A stretch of 64,000 nucleotides of DNA, from the NCBI GenBank assembly GCA_037442745.1, contig JBBIPP010000002.1, positions 46,363-110,362 on the forward strand, read 5' to 3'. Positions 52,973 through 63,011 of this stretch are shown here, piece after piece. Numbering within the stretch: the stretch's first letter is position 1; every line of letters begins with the position of its first letter. Source of the DNA: an archaeon. GTDB lineage: Archaea; SpSt-1190; DYHY01. A program made the position numbers and the translations under genes. The notes under the pieces were generated by a model. It was not told the DNA's origin. It made no database searches and saw only the letters and a program-made list of their open reading frames with translations.

Positions 52973-54421
52973 ATGTCAGAGGACGAGGGAATTAAGGTCA
53001 AAAGAGCGGACAATTTCTCCGAATGGTTCGTGGAGGTTGTCAGGAAGGGAGAGTTTGCAGACTATTCCTCTGTCAAGGGATGCATGGTAGTGAAGCCGAA
53101 CGGCTATTTCATCTGGCAGCAGATACAGGATTTTTTGAACTCAATGATTGCAAAGGACGGGGTCAGGAACGCATATTTTCCGCTTTTCATCCCGGAATCT
53201 CTCCTGAAAAAAGAGTCCACGCATTTCGAGGGATTCACTCCTGAGGTTGCATGGACTGGCGGGAAGACTGATGAGGAGGGAAGCGAGCGCCTCGCAATCC
53301 GGCCGACAAGCGAGACAATAATCTGCTCTGAGGTTGCAGGTTGGGTGAGGAGCCACAGGGACTTTCCTGTCCGCCTTAATCAATGGTGTTCAGTTGTCCG
53401 CTGGGAGACAAAGACAACCCGCCTTTTCCTGAGGACGAGAGAGTTTCTCTGGCAGGAGGGCCACACTTTCTGGGCTGAAAAGAAGGGAGCTGAGGAGGAA
53501 GTGCTGAGAATTCTAGACTATTACCGCAGGGTTGCAGAGGAACTCTTGGCAGTCCCGGTTGTGAAGGGAATGAAGACGGAGACTGAGAAATTCGCCGGAG
53601 CGGAATACACTATGACAATAGAAGCCTTGATGCCTGACGGAAAAGCCTTGCAGTCAGGAACTAGCCACTACCTTGGGACAGGATTCTCAAAAGCTTTCGG
53701 AGTAAAGTTCCTAGATGAGGACAACACCGAAAAGCTCGCATATTACAACACATGGGGCATTTCAACTAGGCTAATTGGAGGCCTTTTGATGACGCATTCC
53801 GACGACAAAGGGGCTGTAATTCCCCCAAGAGTTGCCGAAACGCAGGTCGTTGTAATCCCGATTTACTTCAGGGAGAGCCAGGCAGAGAGCATATTGGCAG
53901 AAGCCAGGAGAATTTCGTCCGAACTTTCGAACGCGGGAATACGGGCGAAAATCGACGAGAGGACTGACAAGACGCCCGGCTGGAAGTTCAACCACTATGA
54001 ACTGATAGGAGTCCCCCTGAGAATCGAGATAGGACCAAAGGATGTTGAAGGAAAGACCGCAATGTGCGCAAGAAGGGACACCGGGGAGAAATCAAAAATT
54101 CCCTTCTCCTCAATAACAACTGATGTGAAAGACTTCCTCGACAAAATCCAGTTGGAAATGTTCCAGCGGGCGAAGAAGAGGGCAGAAGAGATGACAATTA
54201 ATCCCAAAACGAAAGAGGAGTTCGACTCTGCAATTGAGGGCCAGAAGGGATTTGTAGTTGCTCCCTGGTGCGGGGAAGCTTTGTGCGAAAAGGAATTCGG
54301 CAAGAGAACCGGGGCGTCAATCCGGCTAGTTCCCCTTGGAAAAGAAGGGGAGGGGAGCGGACACTGCCTTGCCTGCGGAAAGGAAGCTAAGAAGACCGCC
54401 TATTTCGCGAAAGCTTACTAG
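52973..54421 (+). CDS. proS: Proline--tRNA ligase (archaeal/eukaryotic type)
   Basis: RPTSET, VRWE...FLRTREFLWQEGHT, QSGTSH, WGISTRLIG, C-terminal FAKAY. Confidence 0.97.
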   Translation: MSEDEGIKVKRADNFSEWFVEVVRKGEFADYSSVKGCMVVKPNGYFIWQQIQDFLNSMIAKDGVRNAYFPLFIPESLLKKESTHFEGFTPEVAWTGGKTDEEGSERLAIRPTSETIICSEVAGWVRSHRDFPVRLNQWCSVVRWETKTTRLFLRTREFLWQEGHTFWAEKKGAEEEVLRILDYYRRVAEELLAVPVVKGMKTETEKFAGAEYTMTIEALMPDGKALQSGTSHYLGTGFSKAFGVKFLDEDNTEKLAYYNTWGISTRLIGGLLMTHSDDKGAVIPPRVAETQVVVIPIYFRESQAESILAEARRISSELSNAGIRAKIDERTDKTPGWKFNHYELIGVPLRIEIGPKDVEGKTAMCARRDTGEKSKIPFSSITTDVKDFLDKIQLEMFQRAKKRAEEMTINPKTKEEFDSAIEGQKGFVVAPWCGEALCEKEFGKRTGASIRLVPLGKEGEGSGHCLACGKEAKKTAYFAKAY

Positions 54422-54673
54422 TCAGAAATTACCGGAAGCGCGCAATCCATTTTTCCCCAATAACGGATTCAGCAGTTCCCGCAACTGCCATTTCACTCGC
54501 CTTGCACCCGGAAAATGGACAGTTTTAGGAAAGGCGCGGAGGAAAAGGCTCTCCGCCTTTTTCAATTTGAGCTTTCCGGAAGCAATCAACGTTCCAATTC
54601 TCGCTTCCTCAATTTTTGCATGCACAACAACTCTTTCGTTACTAGAGTTCGGCAAGCCTTCCCAACCCCCCAT
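54422..54673 (-). CDS. Short hypothetical ORF
   Basis: 83 codons filling part of an otherwise unexplained 550-bp gap; no recognisable motif. Confidence 0.25.
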   Translation of the reverse strand: MGGWEGLPNSSNERVVVHAKIEEARIGTLIASGKLKLKKAESLFLRAFPKTVHFPGARRVKWQLRELLNPLLGKNGLRASGNF

Positions 54674-54977
54674 TTTCCCGACAATTGTCCTTGTTTAAGC
54701 CCCCCTTTTCGAGGAGATTGCTTTCAGAGGGCTTTTTCCCGGAGGCCTACTGAAAAGGTTCGGGAGAAAAATACGCAATTGTTTTGCGGTTCATCCAAAT
54801 AAAGTCGCCCTTTTCACTCTATGGAATATGAGAGCAACCTCAATTCTTCCGACATTCATTTTTCGGAAGCATTCTTGTACTTTTGTTTTTTCAAAAAAAG
54901 AATCTCCACTTCCCCAATAGCATCAATCTAGGGCATAACCTATATGTCCCCGTGTTATTCTTCTCCTCAAAGATAAT

Positions 54978-56834
54978 CTAGACACTCAGGCTCTTTTTTA
55001 TTTCTTCCATCCTGTTAGCGACAGCCCTTTTCTTAACGGAGGAAATCCTCTCCAGACCATAACCTTCCTTCTTGAATGACGAAAGCGCTTCCCCCCAGAC
55101 AACAGCTCTTTTGGCAGTGTCAAAGTCTAGCCTTCCCTTGGAAGCAAGATAGCCCGAGAACGCGCCCGCGAAAACCTCCCATGTTCCGGAGGGGTCGACC
55201 GGATTTTTGACCGGATATGCGGGAGAGGAGAACCTTTTTCCTTCTGAATATAGGAGAACGCCTCCCTCCGCCTGCCTGACAACAACCAGTTTTGGGCCGA
55301 GAGCTGAGAGCTTTTCGACAGCCTTCGCCAAGTTCCTCTCCTTTGTCAGGGAGCGCGCTTCCTTCACAGTCAGGAGAACTGCATCAGATTTTTTGATGAC
55401 GGATTCAACAAGACCCTTTTTCTTACCTAGCCACTGACTTCCTGTCTGGAATATTATTGCTCTCGGACGCCTGCCGAATTTTGAGAGGAAGGCCAATTGG
55501 CTTTCCGGGGAAGAATTCCCGAGGAAGAGGACCTGCGAGCCCCTCTCAAACCTTCTTGTCGGGATTGCATCCAGTTCGGCAGAGTTCATTCTCACTGCCG
55601 GAGCAAGGGACACTGAAGATGATTTGGAATGCTTCCAAAGAGTGACCGGGGATGCCCTGTCCCTCGCTCTGTCAAGGGAACTCTTCTCAACTCCCCTTAA
55701 CTCGGCCGGAATGGAATAGTCTTTTCCAACAGTTCCGGCAACAGATACTCTCCCGAAAAAGCGGGCTCCGATGGCTGAATATGCTCCGGGGCCTCCCGCA
55801 ATTTCCCGTTCCTCTCCAGAGACGTTACGTATCTTGTCAGTCCCGAAAATACCGAAAATCCCTAGGGGAAGCTTTCGGGAAACTTTCCTTCTTTTTTTGG
55901 CTGATAGCCTTATTTTTTTATTTGGACGAACGTAAGCATTTTTTCTCATTGGTTTAGCCGCCTGCTTTGCCCTTTTCGGCTTTGGTGCCTTGACCGGAGT
56001 TTCTCTCACTTCCGGGAGCCTTTTTGCGGGCATTATTACGGAGGGGCCTGGGATGAAGACCCGTTTCCTTTTCTTTCTGGCCGACCTTTTCTTTGCAGGA
56101 GACTCTGGCGCGAGAGCAAAGACCTTTACCTGAGAATCCTTTTTTTCCTCCTCTTTCTTCTCCGGCGCCGGATTCGTTATGTTCACAGTAACATTAACCG
56201 GAGTTGCCTCCTGCTTTCTCTCTTCCGCCTTTTCAGGGACATTCACAACAAAGGAATCCTTTGGCTCGTCCTCACGCCTTTCGCTTTTCGGAAGCTCAAC
56301 AATAGTCACCCGGTGCTTGGATGATGGACCCTCCCTTTCAGAGAACCCGTCTCCCACGACCTTCACCCTGTATTTCCGGGCATAATCTAGGAGCTCAATT
56401 ACTTTGAATTTCCTCGAGGCAATTTCAAATTCTGGATATAATCTCTCAAGGGTTCCAGGGGAGTGGACAGAGAAAATCCGCCTTGCCGGTGGATTCGGAT
56501 GCTTGAGATCAGTGAAGAACGTGTCGTGCCCTGTGCAGAGATAGATGAACCTCAACGGCTCCTCCCTATCAGTTGAACTCGCGAGGAATTCTGTGTATCT
56601 GGAGAACGAGAGAACGTCCCTTTCGCTCTCCCCGAAAACGACAAGGCCTATCGGGAAGCCGTTGACGAAGAGAAGATAGTCAGCGACAGTGCTTTTCAGG
56701 GGAACTTCCCGCACTGCAACCCCTTTGTGGGAAAAATCAATGTAATCGATTTCCTGGACAGCCCAGCCGGCATCCTTGAGAGTTTTCTCAATTTTCGAGC
56801 GCATATCCTTCCTCACTGCTGGAATCCTAGACAT
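54978..56834 (-). CDS. Fusion of type I restriction HsdR N-terminal-like domain, charged linker and PfkB-like domain; both catalytic motifs degenerate
   Basis: R.KIEKTLKDAGWAVQ...GVAVREVPL...ADYLLFVNG; GGPGAYSA...GTVGKDY, GPKLVVV, DPSGTWEVFAGAF. ATG at 56834. Confidence 0.8.
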   Translation of the reverse strand: MSRIPAVRKDMRSKIEKTLKDAGWAVQEIDYIDFSHKGVAVREVPLKSTVADYLLFVNGFPIGLVVFGESERDVLSFSRYTEFLASSTDREEPLRFIYLCTGHDTFFTDLKHPNPPARRIFSVHSPGTLERLYPEFEIASRKFKVIELLDYARKYRVKVVGDGFSEREGPSSKHRVTIVELPKSERREDEPKDSFVVNVPEKAEERKQEATPVNVTVNITNPAPEKKEEEKKDSQVKVFALAPESPAKKRSARKKRKRVFIPGPSVIMPAKRLPEVRETPVKAPKPKRAKQAAKPMRKNAYVRPNKKIRLSAKKRRKVSRKLPLGIFGIFGTDKIRNVSGEEREIAGGPGAYSAIGARFFGRVSVAGTVGKDYSIPAELRGVEKSSLDRARDRASPVTLWKHSKSSSVSLAPAVRMNSAELDAIPTRRFERGSQVLFLGNSSPESQLAFLSKFGRRPRAIIFQTGSQWLGKKKGLVESVIKKSDAVLLTVKEARSLTKERNLAKAVEKLSALGPKLVVVRQAEGGVLLYSEGKRFSSPAYPVKNPVDPSGTWEVFAGAFSGYLASKGRLDFDTAKRAVVWGEALSSFKKEGYGLERISSVKKRAVANRMEEIKKSLSV

Positions 56835-56971
56835 TCTTTGATTGGCACCTTTTCGGCGATAAAGGCGCCCTGATTTATCTAGTTTCCCACTTGTTCGGGG
56901 CAGGCCCGGTCGTTTAGCGGAAAAACCTCCCAATTGTATTAAAAGGGATTTTTCTGAGGTTCCCCTGAAGA

Positions 56972-58153
56972 ATGCGAATAGGGATAATTGGGGATACCCA
57001 TTTCGGCTTTTCGTTCGGGACTGGGCGTGGAGAGGATTCCTACAGGGAGGCGGAGAGGGCGATTTCCGCTCTGTTGGAGAACTCCCCCGACGTTGTAATT
57101 TTCCCCGGAGATGTGTTCGATTCGGCTGTTCCGAGGCAGGAAGTTCTTGCGAAAACGGCAGAACTGCTTGTCAAGTCATTTTCAAAAAGGAGGAAGAACC
57201 CGTCCCTTGGAATACGGATTTCCGAGAAACCGCACGAGTTTCAGGGAATCCCAGTTCTCGCAATACACGGAACGCACGAGAGGAGACCCAAGGGGCTGAC
57301 AAACCCCCTGCATGTCCTTGCAAAAGCAGGGGTTCTAGGATATTTCCATGCGGAGAGGGCTGAGATAACTCTCGGAGCTGAAAATGTCTCGATTTTCGGA
57401 ATCGGGGGTGTTCCTGAGGAATATTTCCCGGAAATACTGAAAAAACTGTCCCCGGCGCCGACTGAGGAGGCATCTTGCAACATTTTCGTATTCCACCAAA
57501 ACGTCGCACCTTTCATATACGGGGCGGAAGGAATAACCCTATCAGACCTCCCAAAAGGCTTTGACTATTATGTTGACGGGCATATCCACTGGGGATTTCT
57601 CGAAAAGACCGTTCCCGAAGGAAAACCAGTGATATTCTCCGGCTCTACAATAACAACGCAAGTAAGGAAGAACGAGAGCGGGATGAAAAAGTCGGTGTGG
57701 ATTATTGACACCGGAAAAGGGGAGATTGAGGAAATAAAGTTCCCGCCAGTCAGGGAAACCCTTCTTGTCGATGCCGGCTCAGGAAAGGAGGCCATCTCAA
57801 TCCTTTCAGAACTGCCAATCCAGAAGGAGCGACCTGTCCTGCGCCTGAAGATTTCCGGCGAATGCGCCGAATCAGAGATAATCGAGATTTCCTCGAAATT
57901 CTCGGAGAGTTTCCTCCTCTCAATCGAGACCGCCCGGCCAACAGGGCCCGGCGAAGCGCTTCCTCCAGGAAGTTTCTGGGAGCCAAGAAAGGATGCCGGA
58001 AGCGATGAGCGGGTCCCGAAGATTGTCAGATCAATTCTCGAGAGCAAGGGAATAGGGAGGACTCTTGAGGAAATAGAGGGGATTTATTCAAAGCTCCTCT
58101 CCGGAAAAGAGGAGGAAGCTACTGAGGAGGTAATTTCGCTTGGAAAGGCTTGA
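56972..58153 (+). CDS. mre11: DNA double-strand break repair nuclease Mre11
   Basis: DTHFG, GDVFD, HGTHE, HQ, GHIH phosphoesterase motifs; overlaps rad50. Confidence 0.93.
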   Translation: MRIGIIGDTHFGFSFGTGRGEDSYREAERAISALLENSPDVVIFPGDVFDSAVPRQEVLAKTAELLVKSFSKRRKNPSLGIRISEKPHEFQGIPVLAIHGTHERRPKGLTNPLHVLAKAGVLGYFHAERAEITLGAENVSIFGIGGVPEEYFPEILKKLSPAPTEEASCNIFVFHQNVAPFIYGAEGITLSDLPKGFDYYVDGHIHWGFLEKTVPEGKPVIFSGSTITTQVRKNESGMKKSVWIIDTGKGEIEEIKFPPVRETLLVDAGSGKEAISILSELPIQKERPVLRLKISGECAESEIIEISSKFSESFLLSIETARPTGPGEALPPGSFWEPRKDAGSDERVPKIVRSILESKGIGRTLEEIEGIYSKLLSGKEEEATEEVISLGKA

Positions 58154-60683
58154 ACTTTCGCGCTTGGCCCTTTCGAACTGGAAGAGCCACCTGAAAACGG
58201 AAATAGTTTTCTCCCTAGGAAACAATGTCCTAATCGGGGCAATGGGCGCCGGGAAAAGCAGCATTGTCTCTGCAATTGTTTTCGCGCTCTTCGGGGAGCT
58301 CCCAGAGACAAGGACGCGGCGCGCAAAACTCGATGACCTGATTTACGAGGTGGCTGATACTGCGGAAATAGCGCTCGATTTCATAGTCGGAGGGAGGAAG
58401 CACTCGATTATCAGGAGAATAAAGAGGGGAGGGGGCTCGACCCTTTCCGAACTCCGGGACGGGAACGGGAAGCTCCTCGAGGGGCCAATGAGCGAGAAGG
58501 TCACTGCGCAAGCGGAGAGGGTTATCGGAGCAGACTATTCGCTATTCAACAGGGCAATATATCTCGAACAAAACGAGATAGATTCCTTCCTATGGGAAGG
58601 GAAGGGAAAGAGAAGGGAGGGAATTGACGGGATTCTCGGAATCGGAAAAGTCGAGGATGCAAGGAAGACCTTGCTCTCGATAATAGCTGGCCTGCGGGCG
58701 GAGGCGGAGAGCCGGTCCCAGGAAGATTACCCGAAGAAAATAGGGGCTCTTGAGCGCGCCCTTGCGGATAATGAGAAGGAGCGCTCAGAAAAGGCTGACG
58801 AGCTTGAGCGCGCGGCCGGACGGGCGGAACGCACAAGCGAACTCCTCTCGGAGAAAAGGGAGCTAATAGCAAGGCTTGAAAACTCGAGGGATTCCCTGAG
58901 AAAAGCTTCCGAGCGGGAACGCATTTTTTCGGACAAGGCCCGCGAGATTTCAAAAAAGCTCGACAACTACGGGAAAATAGGGGATGCGAAATCAGGCGAG
59001 ACTCTCAGGCTCCTTGAAACGGAAAGAAAAGGGCTTGAAAAAACCCTTCAGGAAATCTCCTCCGTCCAAGGGAGGCTGTCCGAGAAGGAAAATAGGAGGG
59101 TTTCCCTGAAAGAGGCGCTTTCAAAGTCAACCATCTCGGGAAGAGGGGTTGACGCCCTTTCAAAGGAGCTTGAGGATTCCACAAGGGAAGCATTATCAAT
59201 TTCAGCGAGCCTGGCAGTCATAACCGAAGGCATTCTCTCCTCGAGGAGGGCGGAGGCGAGAATTGCAAATCTGAAAATCCCCCTTTCGAAAATTTCCGGA
59301 GCAACTCTCAGGGAGGAGGGCGCCCGCAAAAGGCTTGAGGAAATTTCCTCAAAACTCTCCGCCCTGACGGCTGAACTAGATGAATTGGGAACTTCGGCAA
59401 AAGCTCTCCGGCTCCATTCAAAGGAGGTGCATCAGTTTCCCTGCCCTGTCTGCGAATCCCCGCTCGACTCTGCGCGGACGGCCGCCCTCTTGTCCGAGAA
59501 GGAGTCCAAAATATCGGAAAAATCCGCCCTTGCCGGAAAACTGTTGGATGAAAAGGCCCGTGCCGAAATTGAGCTGAAAAAAATACTGGCTGATTCGAAG
59601 GAGGAAAACCAGATTTCCCACGAAATAGCCCTGCTCTCGGAAGAAGCTGGAAAACTGCGCTTTCTTGAAGAGTCCTTGCGAGAGGGACAGGCACGCGAGC
59701 GGACGGCAAAGGAGCGGGTAAGGGGAATTGAGCTGGCAATCAGGACTGAGCGCGAGCACGCAGTTATTTCAAAGGAGCTATCCGAAACTGAGCGTGGAAT
59801 AGGAAAGGAGCTAGAGAAGTTAGCAGTACTTGAGGAGGCTTCCCGCGGAAGAACCCTTGAATCAATTGACGCAAAGATTTCAGAGGCGAGAGCGCTCAAT
59901 GAAGGATATTGCCTTTTCCTCGAGAAAAAGGTCGCGCTAGAGAACGCGCAAACTGCGCGCTTGGAAATAGAGAGATTCTCAAAAGAGTTCAACGAGGAGG
60001 AATTTTTCCGGGAAAAGGGCGCGTTAGAAGCCCTTTCAAAGGAAAAAGGGATGTTAGAGGAAATGCAAAGGCGCCTTCCAGAGGAGCTGGCTAAATGCGA
60101 CAAAAGGAATGCGGAACTAACAGAGGAGATTCTGTCAGAGAAACGCAAGGCTGAGAGGAAAGAACTCGTTTCAAAAGCCCTCGAATTTTCAAAAGCCCTA
60201 GATTCAGCCCTGAAGGAGGCAATGGCGGAACTCAGAACAGAACTTGTCTTGGAAATAAACGGGACGCTTTCCCAATACTGGCAAGTTCTTTATCCGTATT
60301 CGAACTATTCGGATATCCGGCTAGTCTCCCGGGAGAATGACTATGTCCTTGAATTGAAGACTGGGCTCTTCGGCGCCTGGGTGGAGGCGGAAAGAGTCGC
60401 CTCCGGAGGGGAGAAATCCCTCGCTTGCCTCGCCCTCCGGATAGCATTCGCAAGAACGCTTGCGCCCGGCTTTGGGCTTCTTCTCCTCGACGAACCGACT
60501 CACAACCTAGATTCCAACGCAGTCAATCTACTCGCCTCAGTTTTCAGGGAGAGGGTTTCAGCAATTGCCCCCCAGACAATATTAATTACCCATGACGAAT
60601 CCCTTGAAGGGGCTGCGACCGGGAACTGCTACCGGATAGCGAGGGATGGCGCGGGGACAAGCGAAATAACCCAATTAAGCTGA
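58140..60683 (+). CDS. rad50: DNA double-strand break repair ATPase Rad50
   Basis: NWKSH, GAMGAGKSS, Q-loop, coiled coil with Zn hook CPVC, SGGE, LLDEPT..LD, ITH. Confidence 0.95.
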   Translation: MERLELSRLALSNWKSHLKTEIVFSLGNNVLIGAMGAGKSSIVSAIVFALFGELPETRTRRAKLDDLIYEVADTAEIALDFIVGGRKHSIIRRIKRGGGSTLSELRDGNGKLLEGPMSEKVTAQAERVIGADYSLFNRAIYLEQNEIDSFLWEGKGKRREGIDGILGIGKVEDARKTLLSIIAGLRAEAESRSQEDYPKKIGALERALADNEKERSEKADELERAAGRAERTSELLSEKRELIARLENSRDSLRKASERERIFSDKAREISKKLDNYGKIGDAKSGETLRLLETERKGLEKTLQEISSVQGRLSEKENRRVSLKEALSKSTISGRGVDALSKELEDSTREALSISASLAVITEGILSSRRAEARIANLKIPLSKISGATLREEGARKRLEEISSKLSALTAELDELGTSAKALRLHSKEVHQFPCPVCESPLDSARTAALLSEKESKISEKSALAGKLLDEKARAEIELKKILADSKEENQISHEIALLSEEAGKLRFLEESLREGQARERTAKERVRGIELAIRTEREHAVISKELSETERGIGKELEKLAVLEEASRGRTLESIDAKISEARALNEGYCLFLEKKVALENAQTARLEIERFSKEFNEEEFFREKGALEALSKEKGMLEEMQRRLPEELAKCDKRNAELTEEILSEKRKAERKELVSKALEFSKALDSALKEAMAELRTELVLEINGTLSQYWQVLYPYSNYSDIRLVSRENDYVLELKTGLFGAWVEAERVASGGEKSLACLALRIAFARTLAPGFGLLLLDEPTHNLDSNAVNLLASVFRERVSAIAPQTILITHDESLEGAATGNCYRIARDGAGTSEITQLS

Positions 60684-60696
60684 ACTTGCGCGTTAT

Positions 60697-61224
60697 TTAG
60701 CCAAGAACATCCAAAATGCGCTCTGCAAATTTCTTTGCGGATTCCGGACCGTTTCCCGTGACAATAATTCCGTCGCGGACAACATCTGTTGGGAGATATG
60801 TTGCCCCTGAAGCCTTTAGAGTATCAATTCCCCTCTTGTCAAGGGCGCTTGACCAGACAGTCGCCTTCCTTCCAGAGAGGACGCCGGCTTTTGCGAGAAC
60901 AACTGGCGCAAGGCAGATTGCTGAAGTCAATTTCTTTTCCGAGAAGAACTCCCTGACAAGACCCAAGACCTCCTCAGACTCCCAAAGGGAAGGCGCGCCT
61001 TGCCCCCCGGCAATAACTATCCCGTCATAGAAAAAGGGCTTTACCTCGCTTATTTTAAGGGCGGGCATTACTTCCGCCCCGAACATCCCCCTACAGAGCT
61101 TCCCATCAAGGGAGGCGGTCACTATGGAATTTCCCGCTGACTCGAGAATCCCTTTCGGAACAAGATATTCCTCGTCCCTGAAATCCTTCTGGGCAATCAA
61201 ATAGATGAGTTTTTTTCCGGCCAT
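60697..61224 (-). CDS. DJ-1/PfpI family protein
   Basis: FRDEEY..P, GGQG, AICLAP, TGNGP. ATG at 61224. Confidence 0.92.
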   Translation of the reverse strand: MAGKKLIYLIAQKDFRDEEYLVPKGILESAGNSIVTASLDGKLCRGMFGAEVMPALKISEVKPFFYDGIVIAGGQGAPSLWESEEVLGLVREFFSEKKLTSAICLAPVVLAKAGVLSGRKATVWSSALDKRGIDTLKASGATYLPTDVVRDGIIVTGNGPESAKKFAERILDVLG

Positions 61225-61280
61225 GCGAATATTGGCAATTTCCAAGAATATAAACAAGAGCGTTTTTTAAGGAACTCTCA

Positions 61281-62126
61281 ATGGTCCCCAGACTAATGGA
61301 TGAAAGAAAGCTCTCAGAACTCCACCGCCTCTCAATCAAGGCCGCGAAAAAGGCGGGCCAGGTTCTCCTCAGGATGTACGGAAGGCATGGCGGAGTCGAG
61401 GTGAAAGACGGCGCAATAGCCTCAATAGTTACAGAAGCTGATAAGAAGGCGGATCTGGAATGCATACGGGCGCTCTCAAAAGGGAAAATACCGATAATAA
61501 CTGAGGAGACTCCCAGCCGTTCCGGAGTTCCCGACGGATTCTCATATCTGGTCGATCCCCTCGACGGGACAATAAACTATGCAATGCACAACCCCTTCTT
61601 CTGCGTTTCAATAGGAATTGCTTTTGATGGTTTGCCTGTTGCCGGGACAATATACAATCCAATTACAAAGGAGATTTTCACCGCAATTGCCGGAAAAGGC
61701 GCGTTCCTAAACGGCAAGAGGATTTATGTTTCCAAAAACACCGACCTTTCAAAGACCCCGGTCACCTTCGGATACGGATATGAGAAATGGATGAAGAAGT
61801 TTGCAATCTCCAAATACTGGGAGGTTAGCGAGAACGCCCGTCATTATTTCTGCCCGGGCGCATTGGCTCTTCAGCTATGCTATGTTGCCGCAGGAAGAAA
61901 CGATTGCTTTTTCACTAATGGGTATGGCGGGCCGTGGGATGTGTGCGCAGGTATAATAATTGCAAAGGAAGCTGGAGCGATTGTCGGGGACTTTTCCGGA
62001 AAGGAATGGAAAATAGGGGAGCCTCAGGTACTTTGCGCGAATTCAAAGGAGATATTTTCAAAAACATCCCGGATTCTCGCAAAAAGCGAGCTGCAGTCTC
62101 TAGAGCGTTCCACCAATAATATTTAG
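61281..62126 (+). CDS. suhB: Inositol monophosphatase family protein
   Basis: VTEAD, EE, VDPLDGTINY, WDVCAG. Confidence 0.9.
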   Translation: MVPRLMDERKLSELHRLSIKAAKKAGQVLLRMYGRHGGVEVKDGAIASIVTEADKKADLECIRALSKGKIPIITEETPSRSGVPDGFSYLVDPLDGTINYAMHNPFFCVSIGIAFDGLPVAGTIYNPITKEIFTAIAGKGAFLNGKRIYVSKNTDLSKTPVTFGYGYEKWMKKFAISKYWEVSENARHYFCPGALALQLCYVAAGRNDCFFTNGYGGPWDVCAGIIIAKEAGAIVGDFSGKEWKIGEPQVLCANSKEIFSKTSRILAKSELQSLERSTNNI

Positions 62127-62705
62127 CTTCCTCAAGACGGGGTGGCTTTTCCTCAGAAAAGCTATTTCGGAAACCGAGCTGTTGTCAATCCAAAATGCCC
62201 TTGAGAGCTCAGGGGAAATTCCCAGAATCCTTGAAATCAAAGTCCGCCCGGTAACAAGATGGGTGACAAGTGCGACAGTCACATCCTCTTTTTTTCTTTT
62301 CTCAAGTTTTTTCGCAAGTGAACCGAGACGCGAATAGAGTTCAGAATAGCTTTCTCCCCCATGTCCAGAATAATCCGCGTCCGCCGGATGTACGAACAGC
62401 TTTCCAATGTGCTTTTTCGGGAATTCCTCATAACTCTTCCCTTCAAGCTCCCCGAAATCAAACTCCCGAAGAGCGCTCTCGACTCTCACTTTCGCGCCAG
62501 TTTCCTTTGATATTTCCCAAGCAGTCTCGCGAGCCCTAAGAGCAGGGGACGAAAATATTTCTACAATTCCCTCTTTTTTCAATAACCTTGCAAGAGAGCG
62601 AGCTTCCCTTTTCCCCCCCGCCGAGAGAGGCGAATCCTTCTTGCCAATAGCGAGGCCTTTAGCGTTTTCCTCCGTTTTCGCATGACGGATTATCAATATT
62701 CTCAT
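62100..62705 (-). CDS. Histidine phosphatase family protein
   Basis: IRHAKT, SSP..RARETA, LREFDFGELEG, GES, LVTH. ATG at 62705; 27-nt convergent overlap with the IMPase gene. Confidence 0.92.
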   Translation of the reverse strand: MRILIIRHAKTEENAKGLAIGKKDSPLSAGGKREARSLARLLKKEGIVEIFSSPALRARETAWEISKETGAKVRVESALREFDFGELEGKSYEEFPKKHIGKLFVHPADADYSGHGGESYSELYSRLGSLAKKLEKRKKEDVTVALVTHLVTGRTLISRILGISPELSRAFWIDNSSVSEIAFLRKSHPVLRKLNIIGGTL

Positions 62706-62768
62706 TTCACCCAACAGATTTTCTCGAGGGATAAAAGTGTTTTTCTTTCCGAAAGAAAAAATCGGTTC

Positions 62769-62888
62769 TGGAGCCACCAGTGGGATTTTGGCCCTCAGAC
62801 CATCCGTGCTTCAGCACGGAGAACCCACTTATGCAAATCCCTCTGGACAATCAAAAAACAAAGAGCCACCAGTGGGATTTGAACCCAC
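62769..62888. repeat. Interrupted duplicate of the tRNA-Thr(TGT) 3' end
   Basis: 62771-62788 = 62863-62880 and 62821-62828 = 62881-62888, with a 32-nt insert between the two parts. Confidence 0.9.
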
Positions 62889-62936
62889 GACCTGCGGTTT
62901 ACAAAACCGCCGCTCTGCCGGCTGAGCTATGGTGGC
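62864..62936 (-). tRNA. tRNA-Thr(TGT)
   Basis: GCCACCA/TGGTGGC acceptor stem, anticodon arm GCGGT-TTTGTAA-ACCGC, T-loop TTCAAAT. Confidence 0.97.
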
Positions 62937-63011
62937 AATTTTCCTTTGGATGCGGCTTGCTCAAGCCCCCACCACCCATTTTAAAAACTCTCCTTTTTCA
63001 ATATTCCCGAA

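Noticed and set aside
54674-54977. Possible pseudogene in the AT-richer gap after the HsdR-PfkB gene
   Set aside because: The minus-strand frames I read are short and show no recognisable family.
56420-56834. Functional type I restriction-modification system
   Set aside because: Only the HsdR N-terminal domain is present, without catalytic E-x-K, helicase, HsdM or HsdS.
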